Notes: a model not told the origin generated them from the sequence alone. A DNA stretch of 37,076 nucleotides from Thermoanaerobaculia bacterium (GCA_043737505.1 JAYTAM010000202.1:1-37076), one strand, 5' to 3'; shown: positions 15,214 to 23,023, numbered from the stretch's first letter. A program made the numbers and translations.

Positions 15214-15444
15214 CTGTCGCTCCTCCTTTGTTCGTTTTCGACCGGTACTATAGCGCCACTTCAGGAGAAGTAAACCCACTCCTCGCATGCGGACCGGTAC
15301 GCCGTCGGTCAGCGGAGAGCCGCGCGCAGGGCAGCAGCCGTGCAGGAGCACCGTCCCGCCGAGCAGGCGAAAGAGCCGGCCGAAGACCACGGTCTGTTCG
15401 CGGTTCGGAAGGTAGTCGCGGCCTCCGGCGACGGCGATCTTCAC
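15214..15444 (-). pseudogene. possible truncated SLOG/DUF2493-like remnant, in frame with the downstream RHH gene
   Basis: From GTG 15444 (GAGGA upstream): VKIAVAGGRDYLPNREQTVVFGRLFRLLGGTVLLHGCCPARG resembles the N-terminal 40 aa of DUF2493/YspA-type SLOG proteins. The resemblance is then lost, and the frame runs through the promoter into the RHH ATG with no stop. Confidence 0.25.
15247..15274 (-). promoter_or_regulatory. sigma70-like promoter TTTACT-N16-TATAGT driving the RHH gene
   Basis: Minus strand reads GTGGGTTTACT-TCTCCTGAAGTGGCGC-TATAGTACCGGTC. The -35 lies at 15274-15269 and the -10 at 15252-15247. It sits in a locally AT-richer stretch, flanked by two GACCGGTAC copies (15240-15248, 15292-15300). 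Confidence 0.45.
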
Positions 15445-15466
15445 GGCGGCGTCCTCGGCTTCACAG

Positions 15467-15925
15467 TCAGCGACGACCTTGGACGATGATCGGCACCGAA
15501 AAACCCATGGTTTCAACGATCATCTCGCCGTCGGACAGCTCGGGAACGAGACGAGAGAAAGCTTCGGATCCGAACCCCGTTTCGATCTCCTGGGAGCGAC
15601 CAGCGATCCGCCGAAGGCATTGTCGGCCGGGTCGGCCCGTCTCGTCTTGAACCTCCATATAGCCCGGCGGAACCGGCCACCCCGAAGTCCAGTCAGCGAG
15701 GTAGCCGTCGAGCAGTTCGTCCCTGCTATCGGCCGCCGCAACCTGATTGCGCTCGGCGTTCAAGAGGAGCCGATAGGACCCGTCGTCCAGCGCGGCCTCC
15801 CGGTGCGCGGCGATGCGTGCCTCCAACGCTCGGACTTCCGCCCTCGCCGCGCAGACCAGAGCCTCGGCGTCTCCGAGCGCTTCGAATCGTTCAACCGGGT
15901 CAAACGCCTTCTTCTGCTCGCTCAA
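15467..15925 (-). CDS. hypothetical protein (152 aa)
   Basis: Track ORF with TTG start in a TTGA overlap. Balanced composition (ALVCAARAEVRALEARIAAHREAALDDGSYRLLLNAERNQVAAADSRDELLDGYLADW). Confidence 0.6.
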   Translation of the reverse strand: MSEQKKAFDPVERFEALGDAEALVCAARAEVRALEARIAAHREAALDDGSYRLLLNAERNQVAAADSRDELLDGYLADWTSGWPVPPGYMEVQDETGRPGRQCLRRIAGRSQEIETGFGSEAFSRLVPELSDGEMIVETMGFSVPIIVQGRR

Positions 15926-16311
15926 GACGTCACCGCGTCGTCGCCAGGGCGGACCATTTGAAACTCCGAATGGACCATCACCTCGCGGCAGATTTCGGAG
16001 ATCTGTAGGCGAAGCGCTTCGCGCGCGATCTGTTCTTCTGAATCGACCGCGCCCAGATCGAGCCGCGCGATCTTCGGCGCCGCCAATGCGGCGTCATCCC
16101 AGAACCGGAATTGAGCTACCGCGCGGCCGGTCGGCAAATGGGTAATGCGCCAGCCTCCGCCCTGCACCTCTCCGATGACAAGCGGGCCGATTGCCAGACC
16201 GACCACCAGGTTCGCGCTCTGCGACCCGTCGGGTAGCGCCGTCCGGAAGTGGCACAGCCTGAATAGGGCGCCGTCTTCGGACGTTGAAAAACCTTCCCGT
16301 AGTTCGCTCAA
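15922..16311 (-). CDS. hypothetical protein (129 aa)
   Basis: Track ORF with TTG start at 16311 and GAGGAG 6 nt upstream. Balanced composition. Confidence 0.6.
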   Translation of the reverse strand: MSELREGFSTSEDGALFRLCHFRTALPDGSQSANLVVGLAIGPLVIGEVQGGGWRITHLPTGRAVAQFRFWDDAALAAPKIARLDLGAVDSEEQIAREALRLQISEICREVMVHSEFQMVRPGDDAVTS

Positions 16312-16363
16312 AACTCACTCCTCTCGCCGGCAGAAAGTCCGGCGGAAATATTCCAAAAAGGGC

Positions 16364-16828
16364 TTATTCATCGGCCGCCCGGAGCGCTCGAACAAACGCC
16401 GACACCTCGAAGTCTTGGTCCTCCCCGACCCCTTTCGCCACCAGCCGCTCGATCGCCTTGCGGGCCGGCGTGCTCGGCTTCTTCACGCCCGCCAACCCCG
16501 CCGCGCAGGCTTCGGCACCGGAGCCGTACAGCGGGACCGCACAGGGCCGTTCGACCTCTTGCGGCGGTATCTCTCCGCGAGAGACGGCAATCCGCACGGC
16601 GAGCGCGTCGTAGCCGAACACGGCGAGCCAGCCGCGGCAGACGGTGGGCACGCCGGTTGCGTTTTCCTGGTGGCAGTGGAAGACGGCGAACTCTGGCTTC
16701 TGGTCGTCGTAGAGCGGGAGCTTGCGGTACTCGGATGGGTGCCAGATCCCGGGCGGGGTAGACCGAGACAGGGGACAAGTCGAGCAGCACGAGGGCGGGC
16801 AGCGGAGCGAAACGCTCACGGTTTCCAT
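16364..16828 (-). CDS. Cys-rich protein (154 aa), possibly DUF6283-like
   Basis: CPPSCCSTCPLSR..FHCHQ..VCRGWLAVFGYDALAVRIAVSRGEI resembles the CxxCPW..CH..CxGW pattern of a phage/actinobacterial DUF. The family name is from memory only. GTG 16819 (GTGA overlap) is an alternative start. Confidence 0.55.
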   Translation of the reverse strand: METVSVSLRCPPSCCSTCPLSRSTPPGIWHPSEYRKLPLYDDQKPEFAVFHCHQENATGVPTVCRGWLAVFGYDALAVRIAVSRGEIPPQEVERPCAVPLYGSGAEACAAGLAGVKKPSTPARKAIERLVAKGVGEDQDFEVSAFVRALRAADE

Positions 16829-17169
16829 CCCGTCGCCAAGAGGTACGCCAGCCGCACGATCGCGATCACGTCGACGGCCGCGCCCTCCGGCAGCTCGGAA
16901 TCCTCGCGAATCAGCCGCGCGAGCGTCCGGAGGTTGCTCTGCGGAGCTTGGTCCGGCACGACGAAGAACTCCCCGGCGTCTACGCCGAGCCAGGCCACGA
17001 GCTTGCCGAAGCTTTCAAGGTCCGGATTGCAGCCCTGGTTGATCCGGGTGAGCGTCGAAGCGCTTACGCCGGCCCGCGCGGCGACCGCTCGCCACGTGAG
17101 GCCCTCGGCGCTGCTCTTCTCTTCGAGCGCGTCGAGCAAAGCGTGAAGGTTGAAACCGAGGCGTTTCAC
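16816..17169 (-). CDS. XRE-family (Cro/CI-type) helix-turn-helix regulator (117 aa)
   Basis: LTWRAVAARAGVSASTLTRINQGCNPDLESFGKLVAWLGVDAGEFF is a canonical HTH_XRE pattern. GTG start in a GTGA overlap. Confidence 0.7.
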   Translation of the reverse strand: MKRLGFNLHALLDALEEKSSAEGLTWRAVAARAGVSASTLTRINQGCNPDLESFGKLVAWLGVDAGEFFVVPDQAPQSNLRTLARLIREDSELPEGAAVDVIAIVRLAYLLATGWKP

Positions 17170-17831
17170 AGCGGGCCTCCGTCCACGGAAAGGCCGACCG
17201 GTTTCAGCGTGCAGCCGAAGTGCTTACTGATCTCCGCCGCAAGAGCCTCGGCGACCACTCGGTAGACATCCCGCGCCGCGTTCAACCGCACGGGAGAATT
17301 GGGCGCGACAACCTCGAAAGCCGCCTGCGCGTTCAGCTCAAACCGCGCCGACGCCTCGAAGAGGTGCGGCCACAGCACGTTCTCTTCCGGGCGATCCGCC
17401 ACAATCGGCTTGAAGTCGTCCTCCTTCGAGCGGAGGAATCCGGTGCCGCGAACGGCGACGGCCATGCGCTCCCGGAGGGAGTTGTGCAAGGCCTCGCGCA
17501 ACGCATCTGAAGCGGCGCGCTTGAACTCCAGTTCGGTGATCTTTGCGGTGGCGCGCAAATAGGTTTCGCGCGCAACCCAGCCCTGCTTTTCTGGGTGAAT
17601 CATCGCCGCTTCCAGCCGCGCGACCAGGTCGAGCAGTGCCCGCAACCGAGCCGCTGGCGTGCGCCACGGGAGAACGGCCACGCCGCCATCGGCCTCTTCG
17701 TCTTCGGCGTCGACCACCGGGTAGGCGAACCGGGCGGGAGAGATCGGCTCGGCCCGCTCGGCCGCTTCCAGCTCGGCGCACTCGGTCCGGAACTCGGCGA
17801 GCAGGGCCAGCTCTTCGGCCGAGAGCGTCAC
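17166..17831 (-). CDS. hypothetical protein (221 aa)
   Basis: Track ORF with GTG start in a GTGA overlap. Balanced helical composition. Confidence 0.65.
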   Translation of the reverse strand: MTLSAEELALLAEFRTECAELEAAERAEPISPARFAYPVVDAEDEEADGGVAVLPWRTPAARLRALLDLVARLEAAMIHPEKQGWVARETYLRATAKITELEFKRAASDALREALHNSLRERMAVAVRGTGFLRSKEDDFKPIVADRPEENVLWPHLFEASARFELNAQAAFEVVAPNSPVRLNAARDVYRVVAEALAAEISKHFGCTLKPVGLSVDGGPL

Positions 17832-18274
17832 GAAGGAACCTCGGCAGGCGGAGCCCAGTTCTCCCCGAGCCAGGCGAAGAATTCCTTCTGGTCTCTGATC
17901 TGTAACGCGCCGATGTGGTCGCGCCAGGTAGCAACTTCCGGGGCCACCTCAGCGCGCTCCGCAAGGTCGGAACGAAACCGGCGGAGAAACGAGAGCAGGG
18001 CGACTCCGCGCTGACCCCAGGGAACGCTTGCCGGGACAAACCGCTCGAACGCACAGACGAAGTTCAGAAACGCCGGCCCGCGCCGGTCCCGCTGAATTGC
18101 CAGCCCGGCCTTCTCGCCGTGATCGACCAGCGTGGCGAGCAGGTCCGCGCGAAGGATGCGCTCGACGTCGGGGCCGAACGTGGCGCAGCGACGGCAGGTT
18201 GTCGACTTGCCCGGGAACGCGCAGCCGCAGGATTCGGAGCACGGGGCGACGACTTCGCAGGGGCAGATCGCCAC
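17828..18274 (-). CDS. hypothetical protein (148 aa) with Cys-cluster N-terminus
   Basis: Track ORF with GTG start directly after the upstream TAA. AICPCEVVAPCSESCGCAFPGKSTTCRRC carries 9 Cys in about 30 aa. Confidence 0.6.
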   Translation of the reverse strand: MAICPCEVVAPCSESCGCAFPGKSTTCRRCATFGPDVERILRADLLATLVDHGEKAGLAIQRDRRGPAFLNFVCAFERFVPASVPWGQRGVALLSFLRRFRSDLAERAEVAPEVATWRDHIGALQIRDQKEFFAWLGENWAPPAEVPS

Positions 18275-18670
18275 TTACGTGCCCGCCTTTTCGGGTTCGG
18301 CACAGCAGGCCAGCTCCGCGGCGGCGAGCCGGTCGCACAGACCAGGGAGCGCTTCCAGCGTCGCGGCCAGCGCCTCGCTCACCTGGCTATCGGGCTCGTC
18401 TTCGTAGCGCGGCAGATCGGTGTACGGCGCATCCGTTCGCCACATTTCCTCGGTCGTCAGCAGGGTCACCAGGCAGGCGTAGCCCTCGCCGTCCGCCGCG
18501 AACACGGGGGCGTTGACCGGAGTTCCGGGCTCGCCCTCCAACGCCAAGCGGATCGCCTCCTGAAGGGCGACCAGGCCGTCGCGGTCGCCAAGGATGAACG
18601 CCGGCTGGTGCCAGGAGTCGGGAGAAAAGAGCGCGAGCATGCCGTCGTGGGCGTGCGGTTCGGTTGCCAT
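18275..18670 (-). CDS. hypothetical acidic protein (131 aa)
   Basis: Track ORF with ATG start and balanced composition. Confidence 0.6.
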   Translation of the reverse strand: MATEPHAHDGMLALFSPDSWHQPAFILGDRDGLVALQEAIRLALEGEPGTPVNAPVFAADGEGYACLVTLLTTEEMWRTDAPYTDLPRYEDEPDSQVSEALAATLEALPGLCDRLAAAELACCAEPEKAGT

Positions 18671-18673
18671 GGA

Positions 18674-19813
18674 TCAGTCCTCCGCCTTCGCTTCGGCTCG
18701 CATCGCCAGCTCGATCTCGTCGAGGGCGGCACCGAGCACGGCATGAGGCAGCGGTGCGTGGCTCCCGATCGAAACCGCCAGCCACGGTCCATTGCCGACG
18801 TCGACGATTTCCAGCGTCGGACTGGAACCCGGTCGCATTCTCGCCCGGTACTTCCTGCCGCCGAAGAAGAAAACCTTTTCGTATCCCCCGCCGAGGCGGT
18901 CTGAGAAACGTTGCGCTGGAAAGATGTTCGGGGGTTCTTCATCCTCCGCCTTCGGGCCGCAAACCGGGCACTCCGCGGGCTCGACCGGGACGAACGTGCA
19001 ACCCGGATCCTCTCGTTGCGCGTGGCGCAGGGCATCGTGATTCGGCTCGTTCATGCACCCGATCGGCCGGCCGGTGTGCTTGCTGATGATCAGAACGTGA
19101 CTGCCGGGCTCGCACGGGTCCGGGAAGTAGGCGCCGAGCAAATGGTGCGGGTCGGCGCCGTCGGCCCATTGTTTTGCGATGTCGGGGCGAAGGAATTCGA
19201 CCGCCTCGAAGACGCACCCTTTGCCGCCGCGGGAGAGGGAGGAGATCCCTTCGATCGCGACCAGGAAGAGCAGCTTGCGAACGGCTTGGTTCGTGACGGA
19301 GTCCTCTTCGGGCTCAGGCGGCGAGCAGACATCTTCGGGGAGCAAGCGGCTGACGGTAGCAGCGCCAAGCACCGGGGGCTCAAGGCGCGCCCCCTCAGGC
19401 CAAGGCGCGCAAAATCGCGGTGCTTCGATCGGGCCATACCAGCGAATACCTTCGTCGGCCCAATAATCGCCAGGCCGGACGATTTCGAGGCCTGAAACCG
19501 CTCCATCCGGCAACTGGTAAAGATAGGTGCCGACCCTTCCGGCTGGCGACGCATACGACCACGCCGGCCCCTCTGGCGCCTGCTCTTCGAGCCATTTGAT
19601 CGCGAGCCACTCGAAGAACGGCTCGACCAGGTCGTTGTGACCCCACGGATCGATCGATGCGCCGACACCGGAAGCGATGCCTTCGTAGAGGTCCGGTCGG
19701 GCCTCGCGCAGGAGATTGCTCGCGACCTTGCCGCGGTTCTCCCAGCCGGCAACCTCCCACCGACGCTGAAATTCGACCAGGTATGAAACGAGAGACGGAA
19801 ACGATGAAGCCAT
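18674..19813 (-). CDS. hypothetical protein (379 aa)
   Basis: The track ORF starts at TTG 19819. Trimmed to ATG 19813 with GGGAGGGAG 6 nt upstream. Balanced composition. No family recognised. Confidence 0.7.
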   Translation of the reverse strand: MASSFPSLVSYLVEFQRRWEVAGWENRGKVASNLLREARPDLYEGIASGVGASIDPWGHNDLVEPFFEWLAIKWLEEQAPEGPAWSYASPAGRVGTYLYQLPDGAVSGLEIVRPGDYWADEGIRWYGPIEAPRFCAPWPEGARLEPPVLGAATVSRLLPEDVCSPPEPEEDSVTNQAVRKLLFLVAIEGISSLSRGGKGCVFEAVEFLRPDIAKQWADGADPHHLLGAYFPDPCEPGSHVLIISKHTGRPIGCMNEPNHDALRHAQREDPGCTFVPVEPAECPVCGPKAEDEEPPNIFPAQRFSDRLGGGYEKVFFFGGRKYRARMRPGSSPTLEIVDVGNGPWLAVSIGSHAPLPHAVLGAALDEIELAMRAEAKAED

Positions 19814-19876
19814 CTGCAACTCCCTCCCGCGAAGAGGTTAATACCGGGCTCGCCTGCCGTTCGCGGCGACAGGCAT

Positions 19877-20191
19877 TCACCGACGGGGAGTCGGCGAAAC
19901 CCGGTAGGACAAAGATACCACAGAACCGACTCCGAAGATAGTGCGGCGCGGCGGCGTTTCAAGAGCCAGAAACCGCAGCAACGGGCACATCCCGCCGCCC
20001 TGCGCAAACGGGTGCTGCGCCCCGAGGAAGACGCGGAGATGGCCGCTCCGCCCGTGCGATACGGAGAGCCCCTCGGCGCTGTTTGTCAGCCGCCAGCCCG
20101 AAAGGGTTCGCACCAGGGCGGGTCGGGGTGTCCGCGGGATGCAGAGCCGGGCGCGGGCGATCGAGGCTCGGCGGTTCTCGGCGGCGGTCAT
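19877..20191 (-). CDS. hypothetical protein (104 aa), uncertain
   Basis: Part of track ORF 19877..20224. ATG 20191 forms an ATGA overlap with the upstream stop. Third-position GC is high over about the first 75 codons and drops in the 3' third, which also carries a promoter-like motif. Confidence 0.4.
   Translation of the reverse strand: MTAAENRRASIARARLCIPRTPRPALVRTLSGWRLTNSAEGLSVSHGRSGHLRVFLGAQHPFAQGGGMCPLLRFLALETPPRRTIFGVGSVVSLSYRVSPTPRR
19935..19962 (-). promoter_or_regulatory. promoter-like motif TTGAAA-N16-TATCTT (weaker family member)
   Basis: Minus strand reads GGCTCTTGAAA-CGCCGCCGCGCCGCAC-TATCTTCGG. It lies about 120 nt upstream of ATG 19813. Confidence 0.35.
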
Positions 20192-20508
20192 GCGGACACC
20201 GGCAATGAACGCTCGCGACCGCAACGCTCGTACCTCGGCGACCCATCGCTCTCGATACGCAACGCCTCCGGAAGTGCCGCCGTCTCGCGCCCCACCGCCG
20301 CCCGCTCGATCGCTGCCTCCACCGCTTCGCCGATCGCGACCAGGCGCCGCACGCGAGAGCTACTTTCGCCCCGCTGGCACCACACCTGCCAAGCCTCGAA
20401 CAGCTCGACCAGCGCCCACCAATGCTGTATCGAGCGGTCGTTCGCGTAGGCGGTGATCGCCGCCTCCAGGCGGGATCGGTCTGCTGGCGTTCCTTCGTAG
20501 CGGGCCAT
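20188..20508 (-). CDS. hypothetical protein (106 aa)
   Basis: Track ORF trimmed to ATG 20508 (MARYEGTPADRSRLEAAITAYANDRSIQHWWALVELFEAWQVW). Confidence 0.6.
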   Translation of the reverse strand: MARYEGTPADRSRLEAAITAYANDRSIQHWWALVELFEAWQVWCQRGESSSRVRRLVAIGEAVEAAIERAAVGRETAALPEALRIESDGSPRYERCGRERSLPVSA

Positions 20509-20526
20509 CGCAAAAACCTTTCCGAA

Positions 20527-20556
20527 CAAAAGGGCGACGGCGGGATGCCGCCGCCC
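20527..20556 (-). terminator. intrinsic terminator-like hairpin inside the leftward array
   Basis: Minus strand reads GGGCGGCGGC-AUCCC-GCCGUCGCCC followed by UUUUGUU. That is a 10-bp stem (one G-U pair) and a 5-nt loop. It sits 17 nt after the stop at 20574 and 19 nt before ATG 20508. Confidence 0.5.
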
Positions 20557-20573
20557 GGTGCTGCGTCTGGTTT

Positions 20574-20909
20574 CTACTTGACCTCACCGAGAACCGTGTC
20601 TCCCGAAACCGCCGGCTCGGCGCCCAACTCGCGCGTCGATTCCTCGGGCCGCAGCGGCACCCGGAAGATGATCGACTTCCGATACAGCAGCTCACCGAGC
20701 AGGGCGTCCATGAAGCCTTGCGAGCAGGTGACCTGCATCGCGTCGAGCAGCTCGGCTGCCGCCCTGCGATAGCAGGAGCGACCCTCGAACATCAAGCCGC
20801 TTTCTTTCCGCGCGGTGAACTCCGGTTGCGGCTTGTCGAAGACGACCGTCAGCGGCTCGACCGGCTCCGATCCGGTCGGGTCGGCGATGTAGGAGTGCAG
20901 GGTTTTCAT
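20574..20909 (-). CDS. hypothetical protein (111 aa)
   Basis: Track ORF with ATG start and balanced composition. Confidence 0.6.
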   Translation of the reverse strand: MKTLHSYIADPTGSEPVEPLTVVFDKPQPEFTARKESGLMFEGRSCYRRAAAELLDAMQVTCSQGFMDALLGELLYRKSIIFRVPLRPEESTRELGAEPAVSGDTVLGEVK

Positions 20910-20915
20910 CGCCGC

Positions 20916-22127
20916 CTAGCCTCCGCCCTTCACGCCGCGAGGCGGCTTCGAGCTCGACTCCGCTCCGCCGAACAGATCGCCGTTGCCGGACGCGACGGGC
21001 TCCGACTTCTTGGGGGCGTTCGCCTCGATCCATTGCCGAACCGTTTCCAGGATCAAGGTCGCGCCCTTGCCCTCTTCTCGGTACTCACCGATCTCGCAGT
21101 CGAAGGCTTCCTTCAGCGCCTCGAAGGGCACGTCGTGCTGCGCGCAGAGCGCCCGGACCACTTCAACCTGTTCGGGCGAGAGGTGGTCGTCGTCCTGGGT
21201 TTCGTGCGCCGTGGCTTCGGCCGGGGCCGGGGTTCCGTGGCCGTTGGTGCTGGGCTTGCCGAGTAGATCGGCGACGGAGGTCGCCGCCGGCTTCGCGGTC
21301 GCCTCGATCACCGGCTCGCTTGCCGCCGGAGGACCGACCTCGAACGACTCCGCCGGAGCGGAGAGAGCCTGTTGCGGCGCGGCCGGGGTCAGGATGTCCG
21401 ACACCAACGTGCCGCCGCTTCCGCGACGCTCCGCCTCAAGCTCCGCCTCCAGATCTTCGAGCGACTTCACGCCGAGCACCACCTCCGGGCAGTGGCGCCG
21501 CGACCAGTGAAGAACTCCGGTGTAGAGGAGCTTCTGGTCGGGATCGGCCTTCCACATCGCGTTGTCGGTCTTGACGCTCTTCCAGACGATCGTGTCCACC
21601 CGCGGCTCGTCTTCGTCCGCGAACTGACCGGAGATCGTGATCGACCGCTCCGGCCCGTCGCCCGACCAGGAGAACGCCAGCCGCTTCGTCAGGCCCGCGA
21701 GAACGTTCACGACGGCGAGCACGAGCTTGCCCTGGAAGGCGAGCTTGCCGCCGACGACGTAGGTTTCCGGCGCCACGGCGAAGGGCGACATTCCCCACCG
21801 GAACGCCTGTTCGACGACCAGGAAGCAGTTGGCGACCGTGCGACGGCGGGCCTCGGCCCAGCTCCGCGCCCATTCTTCGGGACCGAGTTCCTTGCGCCGC
21901 GCTTCGTACTCCGCCGGGGCCATGTTCTTCTTCCACCAATACGGCTGCGCGACCAGGTGGTCCGGGATGATCGTCGCGGAAGCCATCGCCTCGGCGACGC
22001 GCTGCATTTGCTCGAACTTGGCCGTATCGATAAGCGCAATCTGGCTCTCGACGACCCGGATCTCCCGCCGCGCGGGCGGCCCGTTGCCCTGGGTTTGAAG
22101 CTGCTGATTCGTGATCGGTTCACTCAT
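20916..22127 (-). CDS. recT: RecT-family single-strand annealing recombinase with long C-terminal extension
   Basis: The core (AEAMASATIIPDHL..NCFLVVEQAFRWGMSPFAVAPETYVVGGKLAFQGKLVLAVV) matches the RecT pattern. It sits directly 3' of a PD-(D/E)XK exonuclease. At 403 aa it has an Ala/Pro-rich linker plus an extra C-terminal helical domain. Confidence 0.65.
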   Translation of the reverse strand: MSEPITNQQLQTQGNGPPARREIRVVESQIALIDTAKFEQMQRVAEAMASATIIPDHLVAQPYWWKKNMAPAEYEARRKELGPEEWARSWAEARRRTVANCFLVVEQAFRWGMSPFAVAPETYVVGGKLAFQGKLVLAVVNVLAGLTKRLAFSWSGDGPERSITISGQFADEDEPRVDTIVWKSVKTDNAMWKADPDQKLLYTGVLHWSRRHCPEVVLGVKSLEDLEAELEAERRGSGGTLVSDILTPAAPQQALSAPAESFEVGPPAASEPVIEATAKPAATSVADLLGKPSTNGHGTPAPAEATAHETQDDDHLSPEQVEVVRALCAQHDVPFEALKEAFDCEIGEYREEGKGATLILETVRQWIEANAPKKSEPVASGNGDLFGGAESSSKPPRGVKGGG

Positions 22128-23023
22128 GGCTGTTCGTTCTCCCCGCCGGTTTCTTCGGCCGGCTCAGTAAAGGTCTTTCCGTGCCATTTCGGCAACTCCA
22201 ACTTCGGGATGATGCCGCCCTTCAGCTCTTCCCATTTGGCGCACCAGGGCAGCTCTCCCGCAAGGCGGCGGCGGGTCAGGTCGATGGATTTTTCGACGCG
22301 CACGGAGGCCGCCTCGATATCCTCCGGCTTCATCTCGCAGGTATAGACTTCGTGCGGTATCTCGTTGCGCACAGCGACGAAGAAGATCTTGTCGCATGCC
22401 GCCCCGGCGTGCCGAAGGCCCCGAAGGTTGTGGATCGCCTGTTCGTCGTAAAGGAACTTCGACGCGCCGCGGCCGAAGCCTTCCGGCGTAGGGTCGCGCG
22501 TGGTCTTTAGCTCGACGATCGCCAGCTCGCCGGTCGAAGACTGCATCACCCGGACTCGATCGATCATGTTTCGAAGCGGCAGCCCGTTGTCTTCGTATCT
22601 GTAGGCCCATTCCGCTTGGCCCTCGCCTTCGAGCAGAAGCGCATGAGCGACCTCGGCGTGGCGTGTCCGCGGCTCCAAGATCGACTGCGCGATCCGGTTG
22701 GCCTTTGCCATCTCTTCCTGCGTCACGACGAGGCGGTCGGGGTTGGCCTCTTCGAGCGCGGCGAAGGTCTTCGTGTTGCGGCCGACCGTCGCGATAAGGA
22801 TTTGATCTTCGAAGCTGTCGGGAGTCAGGAGGCGATCTCCGACAAGAGACCCGAGCGTCAGCGCCGGACCGGGCTTCACTTGCGCGAGCGGATCCCGGAC
22901 CACGTAGCGGAGGTAAGCCAGCGAAGGATTTTCCAGGGCTAGGCGGAGGGAAGTCGATGACCACCCATTACTTTGGTGATAGGTAAGACTCGACGGACGC
23001 CAGCCCGTATCCGGGATGCTCAC
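22124..23023 (-). CDS. RecE/DUF3799-like PD-(D/E)XK exonuclease
   Basis: MIDRVRV..GELAIVELKTT..KFLYDEQAIHN gives a D..(D/E)xK..Y..Q nuclease signature. Start set at GTG 23023 (GTGA overlap with the HNH stop). The longer track N-terminus overlaps the upstream gene. Confidence 0.65.
   Translation of the reverse strand: MSIPDTGWRPSSLTYHQSNGWSSTSLRLALENPSLAYLRYVVRDPLAQVKPGPALTLGSLVGDRLLTPDSFEDQILIATVGRNTKTFAALEEANPDRLVVTQEEMAKANRIAQSILEPRTRHAEVAHALLLEGEGQAEWAYRYEDNGLPLRNMIDRVRVMQSSTGELAIVELKTTRDPTPEGFGRGASKFLYDEQAIHNLRGLRHAGAACDKIFFVAVRNEIPHEVYTCEMKPEDIEAASVRVEKSIDLTRRRLAGELPWCAKWEELKGGIIPKLELPKWHGKTFTEPAEETGGENEQP

Noticed and set aside
17338-19035. ORFs 17338..18054 (-), 17915..18904 (+), 18466..19035 (-) and 19090..20007 (-)
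   Set aside because: These are alternative or antisense frames over genes 17166-19813. They are Arg/Ser/Pro-rich and break the 4-nt coupling pattern followed by the chosen frames.
19912-19917. Second GGTATCTTTG (minus strand) downstream of the 19935 promoter-like motif
   Set aside because: The hexamer 17 nt upstream is TATCTT itself, not a -35-like sequence. It is probably a partial duplication.
22335-22363. GCGGTATCTC on the + strand, resembling the promoter-family -10 context
   Set aside because: The position 17 nt upstream reads TCGCAG, with no -35 similarity. It lies in antisense orientation inside the exonuclease gene.
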